DNA of 64,000 nt from Candidatus Omnitrophota bacterium (GTDB lineage: Bacteria; Omnitrophota; Gorgyraeia; Zapsychrales; Fredricksoniimonadaceae). This document shows, one piece after another, positions 10,238-19,900 of the stretch; the first letter of the stretch is position 1; the number at the start of each line of letters is the position of its first letter. The position numbers and the translations under genes are program-made. The stretch covers positions 144 through 64,143 of the forward strand of contig JAUSEK010000019.1 of assembly GCA_030650275.1 (NCBI GenBank), in the 5' to 3' direction. The notes under the pieces are model-generated. The model had not been told where the DNA came from and made no database searches. It worked only from the letters and a program-made list of their open reading frames with translations.

Positions 10238-11974
10238 CTACGTAGAACCGGTCGGTTTTTCCAATTTCCCCGTCGGTTTTTCAATGATCATGTGAAAGGC
10301 GCTTTTGCCCGCCGGGACCATGGGATACACGTTGCCTTCCTTGATGACCTCCGCGTGGATGACGCAGGGGCCGGGATATTCCATGGCCTGTTTCATCACG
10401 TCATGGCAGCGTTCCACCGTGTTGATGTGAAAACCTTTGATGCCGTAGGCCTCGGCGAGTTTGACGAAATCCGGGTTGCCTTCCAGGTCCACGCCGGAAA
10501 GCCGGTTCTCAAAAAACAGCTCCTGCCACTGGCGCACCATCCCCAGATATTTGTTGTCAATGATGAGCACCTTCACCGGTAATTTGTGGATGAACATGGT
10601 TGAAAGTTCGGAGAGCGTCATTTGGAAACCGCCGTCGCCCACGATGGCCACGACCAGGTTTTTGGGTTTGCCGAACTGCGCGCCGATGGCGGCCGGAAAG
10701 CCGAAGCCCATGGTGCCCGCGCCGCCCGAGGAGATCCAGTGGTCGCCCCTACCGGAGAGGTAGAACTGCGCGGCCCACATCTGGTGTTGGCCCACGTCGG
10801 TGGTGACAATGGCGCGGCCGTTGGTCACCTTGTAACAGGTATCAAGGACGTACTGGGCGGTGAGGCCTTTGTCATTTTCGTATTTGAGCGGGAATTCTTT
10901 GCGGTAAAAGGCCAGTTCCGCCAGCCATTCCTTGGTATCCAGCGGCGCGACGTGTTTGATGAGCTCTTCCACGGTTTCCCTGGCATCGGCCACCACCCAG
11001 GCATCGGGTTTGACGATCTTGTTGATCTCGGAGAAATCCGCGTCAATGTGCAGTTTTTTGGCTTTCACGCAGAATTCGCGGTTGTCGCCGTTGATGCGGT
11101 CGTCCCAGCGCGAGCCGATGGACAGGATGAGGTCGCAATTGATGATCGCCTTGTTGGCATAGGCGGTGCCGTGCATGCCCAGCATTCCCAAAGACAAGGG
11201 ATGGGTTTCGGGGAATTCCCCTTTGCCAAGAAGCGTGTTGGTCACGGGCGCGTTGAGTTTTTCCGCCAGTTTCTTGATGGCGTCCCCGGCGCGCGCGATC
11301 ACAGCACCATGCCCCACCAGCAAAAGCGGCTTTTTGGAGCCCTTGAACATTCCGGCCATCTTCAGGACATCGTGTTGATTGGGTTTGGGCAGTTCCTTGT
11401 AACCCGGAATGTCCATTTCAGGATTGAGGGTGCCGCCGGTGAACGGGGCGGACGTGATGTCCTTGGGCAGATCGATGAGCACAGGCCCGGGCCGTCCGGT
11501 CTGGCAGATATGCCAGGCCTCTTTGATGACGCGCGGGATGTCATTGGTGTTTTTGACCAGATAACTGTGTTTGACGATGGGCATGGTGATGCCCACGATG
11601 TCCGCTTCCTGGAAAGCGTCCTTGCCGAGCATGGAGGTGATGGTCTGGCCCGTGAGCACGATGATGGGCACGGAATCCATATGGGCGGTCAAAATGCCGG
11701 TCACCGTGTTGGTAGCGCCGGGGCCCGAGGTCACCAGGACGACACCGGGCCTGCCCGTGGCCCGGGCATAACCGTCGGCCATGTGGGTGGCGCCCTGTTC
11801 ATGGCGGGTCAAAATGAGCTTGATCTTGGAGCCCACCAGGGCATCAAAAATAGGGATGGCCGCACCGCCGGAAAGGCCCCAAATGTACTCAACGCCGAAA
11901 TTCTCCAGGCATTGGACAAGGGCTTGGGCGCCGTTGATGGGCTGTGGTTTTTTGGTCGCTGTTTTAGTCATCAT
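10238..11974 (-). CDS. ilvB: Acetolactate synthase large subunit, biosynthetic
   Basis: RHEQGA.HMADGYAR, TSGPGATN, GDGGFQM TPP-binding motif. Confidence 0.96.
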   Translation of the reverse strand: MMTKTATKKPQPINGAQALVQCLENFGVEYIWGLSGGAAIPIFDALVGSKIKLILTRHEQGATHMADGYARATGRPGVVLVTSGPGATNTVTGILTAHMDSVPIIVLTGQTITSMLGKDAFQEADIVGITMPIVKHSYLVKNTNDIPRVIKEAWHICQTGRPGPVLIDLPKDITSAPFTGGTLNPEMDIPGYKELPKPNQHDVLKMAGMFKGSKKPLLLVGHGAVIARAGDAIKKLAEKLNAPVTNTLLGKGEFPETHPLSLGMLGMHGTAYANKAIINCDLILSIGSRWDDRINGDNREFCVKAKKLHIDADFSEINKIVKPDAWVVADARETVEELIKHVAPLDTKEWLAELAFYRKEFPLKYENDKGLTAQYVLDTCYKVTNGRAIVTTDVGQHQMWAAQFYLSGRGDHWISSGGAGTMGFGFPAAIGAQFGKPKNLVVAIVGDGGFQMTLSELSTMFIHKLPVKVLIIDNKYLGMVRQWQELFFENRLSGVDLEGNPDFVKLAEAYGIKGFHINTVERCHDVMKQAMEYPGPCVIHAEVIKEGNVYPMVPAGKSAFHMIIEKPTGKLEKPTGST

Positions 11975-11988
11975 GAAGCCGTATCTTA

Positions 11989-12303
11989 TCACAAACCCAA
12001 AAGTTTCGCCAGCTCGCCGTTCTCGTGCATTTCGGTGATGATGTCACAGCCGCCGACGAACTGGCCTTTGATGAAGATCTGGGGGATGGTGGGCCAGTCG
12101 GTGAATTCCTTGACGCCCTGGCGCAGTTCTTCGCTGGCCAGAATGTCATGGCTTTTGATGGGAAGGTTGTAGGATCGCAGGATCTGCACGGACCTGGCCG
12201 AAAACCCGCACTGGGGCGCGTCCGGCGTGCCTTTCATGTAGATCACGATCGGATTGGTCTTGATCTCGTTTTCAATGTCCTGCCGCATTTTATCTGATAA
12301 CAT
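11989..12303 (-). CDS. grxD: Monothiol glutaredoxin Grx4
   Basis: MKGTP..PQCGFS, WPTIPQIFI.G.FVGGCDI. Confidence 0.95.
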   Translation of the reverse strand: MLSDKMRQDIENEIKTNPIVIYMKGTPDAPQCGFSARSVQILRSYNLPIKSHDILASEELRQGVKEFTDWPTIPQIFIKGQFVGGCDIITEMHENGELAKLLGL

Positions 12304-12320
12304 AATCGTCTCCTAAATGA

Positions 12321-12337
12321 CCCCGCCGTCGGCGGGG
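12321..12337. repeat. Short GC-rich intergenic hairpin
   Basis: CCCCGCC-GTC-GGCGGGG between bolA and grxD. Confidence 0.5.
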
Positions 12338-12341
12338 GAAT

Positions 12342-12602
12342 TTAAAAACCGTATTGTGATTTGACGTCCTCCCACTTGGCAGGGGTGAAAGTTTTTAAGG
12401 CCAAAGCGTGCACAGCGCCGGCGAGCGCTCCTTTGAGCGGCGCCATGACCATTTGATGTTGCTGTATCAACGTTTTCCCCTCAAAGGCCGGGGCAATGAC
12501 AAAGGCCTGCAGATGCTGTCCATCGTTCATGGGGTCGAGAACATGCGCGGCGGCCCCGGGGATGGAGCGTTCAATAGCGTTCTTGATTTCCTGGACCGTC
12601 AT
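12342..12602 (-). CDS. BolA/IbaG family protein
   Basis: DGQH....VI...FEGK.L..QHQMV...L......VHAL.LKT.TP. Confidence 0.9.
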   Translation of the reverse strand: MTVQEIKNAIERSIPGAAAHVLDPMNDGQHLQAFVIAPAFEGKTLIQQHQMVMAPLKGALAGAVHALALKTFTPAKWEDVKSQYGF

Positions 12603-12829
12603 TTGTTTTTCTTGAACCACTCAATGATATCTGATGATTCATAGAGCGCTTTGCCGTTGATGACCAGACACGGCACTTGGGTCTTGCCGCCGATCTTGAT
12701 GAGTTCATCGCGGAAAGAAGGGTTTGCGTGGGTATCTTTCATGGGCACGCTGATATTTTCTTTGGACAGAAAGTCGCGCACGCGGCCGCAATACGGACAG
12801 CCCTGAAAATGATAAAGGGTCAATGGCAT
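12599..12829 (-). CDS. Glutaredoxin
   Basis: CPYC active site; GGKTQVPCL.I.G..LYES.DII. Confidence 0.9.
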   Translation of the reverse strand: MPLTLYHFQGCPYCGRVRDFLSKENISVPMKDTHANPSFRDELIKIGGKTQVPCLVINGKALYESSDIIEWFKKNK

Positions 12830-12839
12830 AGTTGAGTCC

Positions 12840-13808
12840 TTATTTTACAGATTTTTCGACGAAATCAATGACTTTTTCCTGCAGAGCGACGTTATACAGG
12901 CGGTTCATTTCCTGCATGCAGGTCGGGGAGGTGACGTTGACCTCGATCAAAAACCCGCCGATGATGTCAATGCCGACGAAATAAAGCCCCAAACGCAGCA
13001 GATGCTCTTTGAGGACGCCGATGATGTGGCTGTCGCGGGCCGTGAGCTGGGCCGCGTGCGGTTTACCGCCGGCAAAGAAATTATTACGGTGGTCGCCTTC
13101 CTCGTGCACGCGCAGCACGGCGCCCAGCGGTTCGCCGTTTAACAGCAAAATGCGTTTGTCCCCGCTCTCTGCGTCCGGCACGTAACGCTGGAGGACAACG
13201 GGCACCGACCAGCGCCGGGAGAGGTTTTCCAGAATGACCTTGGTGTTGGTGTCCCCGGGCTTGATATGAAAGACCGCGTGCCCGCCGAACGCGTTGGTCG
13301 GTTTGGCAATGACGCCGTTTCCGCCGGAGGCGGATCCGCCTTTGGCGGACTTTTCTTTGGCGATGAAATCCAGAAGGTCAGGACGCCTGCAGGAAATGAG
13401 GGTTTTCGGAGTGATGTCCGTAAATTGCGCGGCCCAGATCTTTTCATTGACGGTGCGTATGCCCGACGGTTTGTTGATGACGAGGACGTTGGGGGGCAGC
13501 TGGTCCAAAAGCCATGTGTTCATCAGGTATTGTTCGTCCACCGGAGGGTCGGGACGCACGAACACGGCGTGGACCTGGTCTTGCGTCAGGGTGGCCGCGT
13601 GTTCTTCAATGAACGGCTCATGGACGATTAGTTGCGGCTTGACCTTGACGACGTGAAAATGCACCTTGCCGTCTTTGAGCGCGATGCCGTCCTCGGCCAG
13701 GAAATACACGTCATGCCCGCGCGCGTGCGCGCCGACCATGAGGATGAAGGTGGTGTCTTTTTCCATCGCCACTGTTTCCAGCGGGTCCATCAAAAAGAGG
13801 AATTTCAT
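12840..13808 (-). CDS. gshB: Glutathione synthetase
   Basis: FLMDP......KDTT, RPDPP, NEK, GDKRILLLNGEP, EVNVTSPT. Confidence 0.95.
   Translation of the reverse strand: MKFLFLMDPLETVAMEKDTTFILMVGAHARGHDVYFLAEDGIALKDGKVHFHVVKVKPQLIVHEPFIEEHAATLTQDQVHAVFVRPDPPVDEQYLMNTWLLDQLPPNVLVINKPSGIRTVNEKIWAAQFTDITPKTLISCRRPDLLDFIAKEKSAKGGSASGGNGVIAKPTNAFGGHAVFHIKPGDTNTKVILENLSRRWSVPVVLQRYVPDAESGDKRILLLNGEPLGAVLRVHEEGDHRNNFFAGGKPHAAQLTARDSHIIGVLKEHLLRLGLYFVGIDIIGGFLIEVNVTSPTCMQEMNRLYNVALQEKVIDFVEKSVK
13320..13349. repeat. 30-bp double-hairpin palindrome inserted in frame in gshB
   Basis: TCCGCCAAAGGCGGATCCGCCTCCGGCGGA on the minus strand = SAKGGSASGG, just before the conserved KP....GG loop. Confidence 0.8.
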
Positions 13809-14998
13809 CGGGCCTGGCTCTCCAATTCCCGGGTCTCGCGTCCCGCCGCCACTCCGGCGATGCGGGCGAGGATCCGGTAGATGTCAAAGATGTTCATGTT
13901 GTGTTTGACCCCGCAGTCCTGGCCGTATTTGTCCAAATGGGGACATACCTTTTGGAAAGCCATGCCGCCGGGGGAATTCAGGTTCTCGCGCGGGCTCTTG
14001 CCGGTATGATAACGGTAAAACCCGCCGATGAGATTGTTGTCGACTTGATAAATGCATACTTCGCAGGGGCTTTGTTCGATGCGCTGGATGGTGGGCACGC
14101 CTTCCTGCAATAGAAAACGCGTGACCGGTTGTCCGCTTTTGCCGCGCAAAAGGTCATTGCGTTTTTTGCGGTTGAGTTCCAGGATCTGCGCCGGGTCCTC
14201 GATGGGCACGACCCCCATGCCGTAGGTGCCGCTGTCGGCCTTGATGAAGGCAAAGGGCTTTTCGTTGATCTTGTGTTCTTTGTATTTCGCGCGCACACCG
14301 TCAAACAACCGGACCGCGGCGTCATGCAGTTTTTGATGCCCCTCGTCGCTGTTGATGTCCACGTCGTCCACGGCCTCAAAGAGGCAGGAAAAAAGCCACG
14401 GGTCCAGACCTACGATGCGGGCGAATTCTTCGGCAAGCCGGCCGGTTTGGATGAAATGTCCGGATTTCAACCGCGCGTGCCAGCCCGCGTGCATGGACGG
14501 GAACACCGGGACATTGGACTTTTTAAGCGCGTCGGGAATACCGGAGGAAAGGTCATTGTTCATGACGATCAGGTCGCATTGCGTGCACGCGGTCTTGATG
14601 TCTTCGGGAAAGGCCACGCTGACCTCAAATCCCGCTTTACGGATGATGTCCTGCAGGATGCGCACATTTTCCAGATAGGCGGTGTTCCGGGTGTGCTCTT
14701 CGGTGACGATGAGGATCTTGCGTGCCCCAGGCACACGCTTGAGGATGGCTTCGCGGATAAAATGCGAGGCGTCGGCAATGCCGTGTTCGCACAGGTTATT
14801 GAACCCGGCGGGAAAAAGGTTGGTGTCCACCACCGTCATTTTAAATCCCGCGTCGCGGATATCAACGGAGGAATAGAAGGGTGTCTCCTTTTTTTCATGG
14901 CCCAACAGCCATTGATGGACCTCTTCCTGCTTGCTTTGGATGCAGGGCACGCAGAAACTTCCGGTGAAATTATTTTGGACGGTCAGTGATTTACGCAT
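13805..14998 (-). CDS. gshA: Glutamate--cysteine ligase (ATP-grasp, Acidithiobacillus-type GshA)
   Basis: PFYSSVDIRDAGFK...VDTNLFPAGFNNL, EEHTRN..YLENV, KADSGTYGMG, ENLNSPG; adjacent to gshB. Confidence 0.9.
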   Translation of the reverse strand: MRKSLTVQNNFTGSFCVPCIQSKQEEVHQWLLGHEKKETPFYSSVDIRDAGFKMTVVDTNLFPAGFNNLCEHGIADASHFIREAILKRVPGARKILIVTEEHTRNTAYLENVRILQDIIRKAGFEVSVAFPEDIKTACTQCDLIVMNNDLSSGIPDALKKSNVPVFPSMHAGWHARLKSGHFIQTGRLAEEFARIVGLDPWLFSCLFEAVDDVDINSDEGHQKLHDAAVRLFDGVRAKYKEHKINEKPFAFIKADSGTYGMGVVPIEDPAQILELNRKKRNDLLRGKSGQPVTRFLLQEGVPTIQRIEQSPCEVCIYQVDNNLIGGFYRYHTGKSPRENLNSPGGMAFQKVCPHLDKYGQDCGVKHNMNIFDIYRILARIAGVAAGRETRELESQAR

Positions 14999-15021
14999 AT
15001 TGGATGTGCTACAATGATCGC

Positions 15022-15273
15022 ATGGATCGAATATCTCTTGAGCGTATTTTGCGCGAACATTTCCAGCCGTCCGCGCTTGAAGTGATCGACGATTCTCCTT
15101 TGCATGCCGGCCACGCCGGGGCGGGTCAGGGCGGCCATTACCGCGTCGTCATCGTCGCTGAAGCGTTCAAGGGGCAAACATCCCTAAAAAAACACCGCAT
15201 GATCTACGACGCCCTGTCTTCCCATTGGCATGGCAATATCCACGCTTTGTCCATTCGGGCCTCATGTCCGTAA
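15022..15273 (+). CDS. bolA: BolA family protein
   Basis: LEVIDDS..HAGH.G...GGHY.V.IV...F.G......HRMIY..L......IHAL.I. Confidence 0.9.
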   Translation: MDRISLERILREHFQPSALEVIDDSPLHAGHAGAGQGGHYRVVIVAEAFKGQTSLKKHRMIYDALSSHWHGNIHALSIRASCP

Positions 15274-15274
15274 T

Positions 15275-16663
15275 TTATATCCCATTTTGAATTTTAAGTG
15301 CCGCCTCGGCCTTGCGCGCGCTGTTGCGCACGATCTCCGGCAGGGCGGGGTGAATGTAGATCATGTTGAGAAGATCATCCAGCGTGCCGTTCTTGTTCAT
15401 GAAGGCAATGACCATGTGGATCATGTCCGAGGCCTCATCCCCGATGATATGACAACCCAGGATCCTGCGGGATTTGCGCTCGACCAATAGTTTACAAAAA
15501 CCATGGTCAGATAGCAAGGCCATACCCATGGCACTGCTTTTGTAGGGATTAAGCCCGACGACATAGTCTGCGCCCTCGTCTTTGAGTTGCTCCTCGGTTT
15601 TTCCCACACCCGCGATCTGCGGATGCGCGAAGATCGCGTGAGGCATGGGCGGATATTGGATGGGGCGTTTGGGACTGTTGCCGAACAGCGCATGGAACAG
15701 GTATTCGCCCTCAAAATTAACGCTGTGCCTGAAAAAATAACGGCCGATGCAATCGCCCAAAGCATAAACACCATCGGCAGATGTTTGCAGAAAATCGTCC
15801 ACGGCGATGAAGGCACGGTTGTTGAGGCGTATGCCGGCATTTTCAAGATGCAAGGTATCCGCGTTGGAGACAATGCCTGTGGCGACTAAGAGTGCCTCGG
15901 CGGAGATCTTTTGGTTTTGGTTGTTTTGGGTGTAATGCACGGTGAATTGCCCGTCGCCATGCTCCACGCGCGCGGGCACGGCGCCAAGGCGTATGTCGTG
16001 GCGTTGGGAAAAGACCCGGACAAATTCAGCAGCTACTTCGGCGTCTTCGTTTCGCAGCATGGAGGAGCGCACCAGAAAACACGTTTTGGTCCCCAGCGCC
16101 CCATAGGCATGGCCCAGTTCAGCCGCGATATACCCGCCGCCTAAAATGATCATGCTTTTGGGCAAGGCTGTGCTGCGCAGGGCCTCGGTGCTGGTCATAA
16201 AAGGCGTTCCGGCCAGACCCGGGATATCGGGAATGTGGGGCCGGGTACCGATGGCGATAAAGATTTTTGGCGCTGTCATGCGTTCGCCGTTGACCTCAAT
16301 AGTTTTGTTATCAATGAATTTGGCTTCGCCTTTGATAGAGGTGATATTGGGGTGTTTGCTGTAACTGGCCGCGATCTTGTCGGAATCATTGTCCACGGTC
16401 TGCGAAATGCGGGTGACGAGTTTGGCAAAATCCACCGTGAAGTTGGGATCATTGTGCAGATCAAATTTGCGGGCCTCTTTGATGGCCAGGGCCACGTCCG
16501 CCGGATGGATGAGCATTTTGGAGGGGATGCATCCGCGGTTAAGACAAGTGCCACCCAGGCGGTCTTTTTCAATGACCGCGACCTTATGGCCCAGGGAGGC
16601 GGCCGGAGAGGTGATCTTGGCCCCGCCGCCGGAGCCGATTGTAATGACATCAAAAGTTTTCAT
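15275..16663 (-). CDS. Class I pyridine nucleotide-disulfide oxidoreductase (mycothione/glutathione reductase or Lpd-like)
   Basis: GGTCLNRGCIPSK redox motif, GGGYIAAE, C-terminal HPALPE. Confidence 0.85.
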   Translation of the reverse strand: MKTFDVITIGSGGGAKITSPAASLGHKVAVIEKDRLGGTCLNRGCIPSKMLIHPADVALAIKEARKFDLHNDPNFTVDFAKLVTRISQTVDNDSDKIAASYSKHPNITSIKGEAKFIDNKTIEVNGERMTAPKIFIAIGTRPHIPDIPGLAGTPFMTSTEALRSTALPKSMIILGGGYIAAELGHAYGALGTKTCFLVRSSMLRNEDAEVAAEFVRVFSQRHDIRLGAVPARVEHGDGQFTVHYTQNNQNQKISAEALLVATGIVSNADTLHLENAGIRLNNRAFIAVDDFLQTSADGVYALGDCIGRYFFRHSVNFEGEYLFHALFGNSPKRPIQYPPMPHAIFAHPQIAGVGKTEEQLKDEGADYVVGLNPYKSSAMGMALLSDHGFCKLLVERKSRRILGCHIIGDEASDMIHMVIAFMNKNGTLDDLLNMIYIHPALPEIVRNSARKAEAALKIQNGI

Positions 16664-17631
16664 ATTTTAGATAAACTTTCTTCTAGATATTTTTCTAAAC
16701 GTGCAATGGTCGGCTCCAGCGTCGTGTATTGCATTAATTCCATACGCACTTGGGCAATGTTCGCCAGGCCTTTGAGATAGCCCGCGTAATGTTTGCGGAA
16801 GGTGATGACCCCGCCTTTTTCGCCTTTGTGCGCCACGTTGAGTTTCAGATGTTCCATGCAGGTCTGGATACGTTCTTCAACGGACGGTTCCGGCAAATGG
16901 GAGCCGGTTTTCAGATAATATTTGGTTTGCTTGAAGATCCACGGATTGGCGATGGCGCCGCGGCCGATCATGACCCCGTCGCATCCGGTCGCGAACATGG
17001 CCTGGACGTCCTCGGGGGAGGCGATGTCCCCGTTGCCGATGACAGGGATCTTAACGGCTTTTTTAATTTTCTCCAGCCAGGACCAGTCGGCAAAACCGTT
17101 ATGGGCTTGGGCACGGGTGCGGCAGTGCAGGGTGAGCGCCTGCGCGCCGGCATCCTCCACCATCTTTGCCACGTCGGTGATGACGATGCTTTCCTCGTCC
17201 CACCCTAAGCGTGTTTTGACCGTGACCGGCAATTTCGTGCCCTTGACCGTGGCTTTGACAATGGCCTCAAACAGGGGAAGGTCGCGCAAAAGTCCGGCGC
17301 CTTCATTGCGCGCCACGTGGTTTTTGACCCAGCATCCGCAATTGACGTCAATAAAATCCGGTTTGAGGCGTTCAATGGCCTGGGCCGCGCCGGACATGGC
17401 CTCGGGCCGTCCGCCGAATATCTGGATGGCCACCGGCCGTTCCTCATCGCAGATCTCTATTTTTTCCATGATGCGGGGGATGTCGCGGATGATCCCCTCG
17501 GAAGAGGTGAATTCCGTATACACGATGTCCGCGCCCAGGCGTTTGCAGATGACGCGAAACGGCATTTCCGTCACGTCTTCCATGGGCGCCAGGCACAGGG
17601 GTTTGTCGATGGTCAGGGAACCGATTTTCAT
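16660..17631 (-). CDS. dusB: tRNA dihydrouridine synthase
   Basis: LAPMEDVT..PFR, IDVNCGC, PVTVKTRLGWD, GNGDI, DGVMIGRGA..NPWIF. Confidence 0.9.
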   Translation of the reverse strand: MKIGSLTIDKPLCLAPMEDVTEMPFRVICKRLGADIVYTEFTSSEGIIRDIPRIMEKIEICDEERPVAIQIFGGRPEAMSGAAQAIERLKPDFIDVNCGCWVKNHVARNEGAGLLRDLPLFEAIVKATVKGTKLPVTVKTRLGWDEESIVITDVAKMVEDAGAQALTLHCRTRAQAHNGFADWSWLEKIKKAVKIPVIGNGDIASPEDVQAMFATGCDGVMIGRGAIANPWIFKQTKYYLKTGSHLPEPSVEERIQTCMEHLKLNVAHKGEKGGVITFRKHYAGYLKGLANIAQVRMELMQYTTLEPTIARLEKYLEESLSKI

Positions 17632-17687
17632 AACGCGCTATTATAACTAAATTTACTTTTTATGCAAATCTAGTATAATTGGGCCCT

Positions 17688-18938
17688 ATGGCCATTGTTT
17701 TGGATATTAGAGAAGACGCCATCCGCAGGGGCATAAGGACTGTTGGGGTGGGTAAGAAGGGCAGTAAGTCCTTAAGCGGTCCATTAGCCCAAGAGATCGC
17801 GGAAGATCTTAAAGCAGGCAAGGTGACGCCCGCGTCTGCCGGCGCTTTTTTTGCCGGGCTTTTTTATAAAGGCACGACACCGGACGAAGAGGTCTTGGAC
17901 AGCGCTTTTGAAACGCCGGGCGCGCTCAAAGACCCGCGGCTTTTGGTCAAGGCCTTAGCTTCGGATGCCCCGGATTTTGTGCAGGACATTTGCCTGCGGC
18001 TTTTGTCCGGCCAGACGCTGGATAAGAATACCGCTTATCGTCTGGGTCAATTTTTATTGTCTGATGCGTCCGGTGATGGGGCCAGGGGCTTGATCGCCAG
18101 TTTGCTGCGGGTGCGCTATGAGACCGATGATGAATATGAAGGTTTGCTCACAGCCATCAATGAAACCATCGTGCCCGCGTTCCGCGCGCTCGTGCCGTCG
18201 GGAGAGCCGATCATCCAAATGGCTGAACCGTTTGACGGCAATGACCATTCCTATATGGTCACGCCTTTGTTGGGCAGGTATGCGCAGGGACTGGGTTACA
18301 GGGTTGTCCATTTAACGGGCCGCAACAGCGGGCCGAAATCGGTTTATAATCTTTTGGATGTTGCCGATGCGCTGGCTGTGCCTTACGCGCGGGGGAATGC
18401 GGATCTAGGAAATCCGAAACCGGAATACGGCCGGTTCATCCGCCAGCAAGACCTGTCCCCGGCCGTGGACCGCTGGGTGGACATCCGCCGTCAGACCATC
18501 AAGCGTCCGTTCTTGGCGACGCTGGAGAAATTTTTAAACCCTGCGGCTGCGCGCGTTGTCGTGACTTCGGCCTTCCATCCGCCGTACGGCGAGAAAATGC
18601 GGACAGTGTCCGAACGCGCGGGTTTCGCGGGAATTGTCGTTGTCCGCAACGGCATGGAAGGCGGTTTGGGTTTTCCGCTGATGCGTCCGGCGAAGATTTT
18701 GTTGTCCGCGCGTCAAAAAGACGGTTCTTATCTGCGTCATGAAATGGATTTTGACGCCGGTGTTAAAATAGAAGTTGAGGAAAAAAGGGAATGCCTTTTG
18801 GCGTCGGAAAACGCCCGGCTCATTGAACAATATGCCCGCGCGGGTTCAAGCGGGGACAGACATTTTGACCTAAGGACCAGGGCCACGTGCGCGGGTTTCC
18901 ATCAGGCCCTGGAATGGTTGAAAAGGAGCGGAATATGA
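17688..18938 (+). CDS. Anthranilate phosphoribosyltransferase-like (YbiB-like) protein
   Basis: I..VG.GKKGSK.L, AEPFDG, KRPFLAT.EK, FHPPY motifs. Confidence 0.7.
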   Translation: MAIVLDIREDAIRRGIRTVGVGKKGSKSLSGPLAQEIAEDLKAGKVTPASAGAFFAGLFYKGTTPDEEVLDSAFETPGALKDPRLLVKALASDAPDFVQDICLRLLSGQTLDKNTAYRLGQFLLSDASGDGARGLIASLLRVRYETDDEYEGLLTAINETIVPAFRALVPSGEPIIQMAEPFDGNDHSYMVTPLLGRYAQGLGYRVVHLTGRNSGPKSVYNLLDVADALAVPYARGNADLGNPKPEYGRFIRQQDLSPAVDRWVDIRRQTIKRPFLATLEKFLNPAAARVVVTSAFHPPYGEKMRTVSERAGFAGIVVVRNGMEGGLGFPLMRPAKILLSARQKDGSYLRHEMDFDAGVKIEVEEKRECLLASENARLIEQYARAGSSGDRHFDLRTRATCAGFHQALEWLKRSGI

Positions 18939-19900
18939 TGTCTTTGCAAATACGCATGGCACTTTTGGTGGCGGCTCTGTTCGCTATTGTTTACGCGGCC
19001 ATTGTCCTGATCGGAACGGCCATGGGGATGAACGATTTTTATTTTTATCTGATCATTTCCGTGGGGTTGATGTGGTTGCAATTCATGATCGGCCCCAAGA
19101 TCATTGAATGGACCATGCAGTTAAAATACATCAAGCGCGAAGATGACCCGAAACTCTGGAGTATGGTCGAGGAGATGGCCCGCAAGGCCAATATCCCCAT
19201 GCCGCGCGTGTGCATTTCACCGTCGCAGGTGCCCAATGCGTTCGCGTTCGGCCGTGGTCAGCGCGACGGGCGCGTGTGCGTTTGCCAGGGCATCCTGCGC
19301 CTGCTGGACGAGGAAGAATTAAAAGCGGTTTTAGGCCATGAATTGACCCATCTTAAAAACCGCGATGTGGTCGTCATCACCTTATTGTCGGTGGTCCCCA
19401 TGATCATGTACCGCCTGGCCTGGCATTTCATGTGGTACGGCGGCGGACGCAGGAATGACCGCAACGCGCCCAGCGGCCTTGTCATCGGGTTGGCCGCGTT
19501 CCTGTTTTATTTCATCACCAATCTTCTGGTGCTCTACGGTTCGCGCATCCGGGAATATTACGCGGACAAGGGCTCCGTTGAATTAGGCAATAAACCATCA
19601 GCTTTAGCGTCGGCATTGTATAAACTGGTCTATGGCTCCGCGCGCATGGCCAACACCGAAGACCTCAAGCAGGTTGAAGGGATGAAAGCATTTTTTCTCA
19701 ATGACCCGTCGCAGGCCATGAATGAGATCAAAGACCTCGCTCAATTGGATATCAACAAAAGCGGCACCATTGACACCAATGAACTGTTCCGCTTGAGGAA
19801 CAAGACGGTCACCCTGTCCACGGGCGAGAAAATGATGGAATTGCTGGGCACGCACCCGAACATGCTCAAGCGCATCAAACATTTATCAGATCTCAAATGA
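18935..19900 (+). CDS. htpX: Zinc metalloprotease HtpX (M48) with EF-hand-like loop
   Basis: PNAFAFG, HELTH, SRIREYYAD, THP; DINKSGTIDTNE. Confidence 0.9.
   Translation: MMSLQIRMALLVAALFAIVYAAIVLIGTAMGMNDFYFYLIISVGLMWLQFMIGPKIIEWTMQLKYIKREDDPKLWSMVEEMARKANIPMPRVCISPSQVPNAFAFGRGQRDGRVCVCQGILRLLDEEELKAVLGHELTHLKNRDVVVITLLSVVPMIMYRLAWHFMWYGGGRRNDRNAPSGLVIGLAAFLFYFITNLLVLYGSRIREYYADKGSVELGNKPSALASALYKLVYGSARMANTEDLKQVEGMKAFFLNDPSQAMNEIKDLAQLDINKSGTIDTNELFRLRNKTVTLSTGEKMMELLGTHPNMLKRIKHLSDLK

Noticed and set aside
10622-12172. 516-aa plus-strand ORF (also 1496-2833, 14129-14989, 57019-57804)
   Set aside because: Antisense shadows of well-supported GC3-rich genes, with no recognisable motifs.
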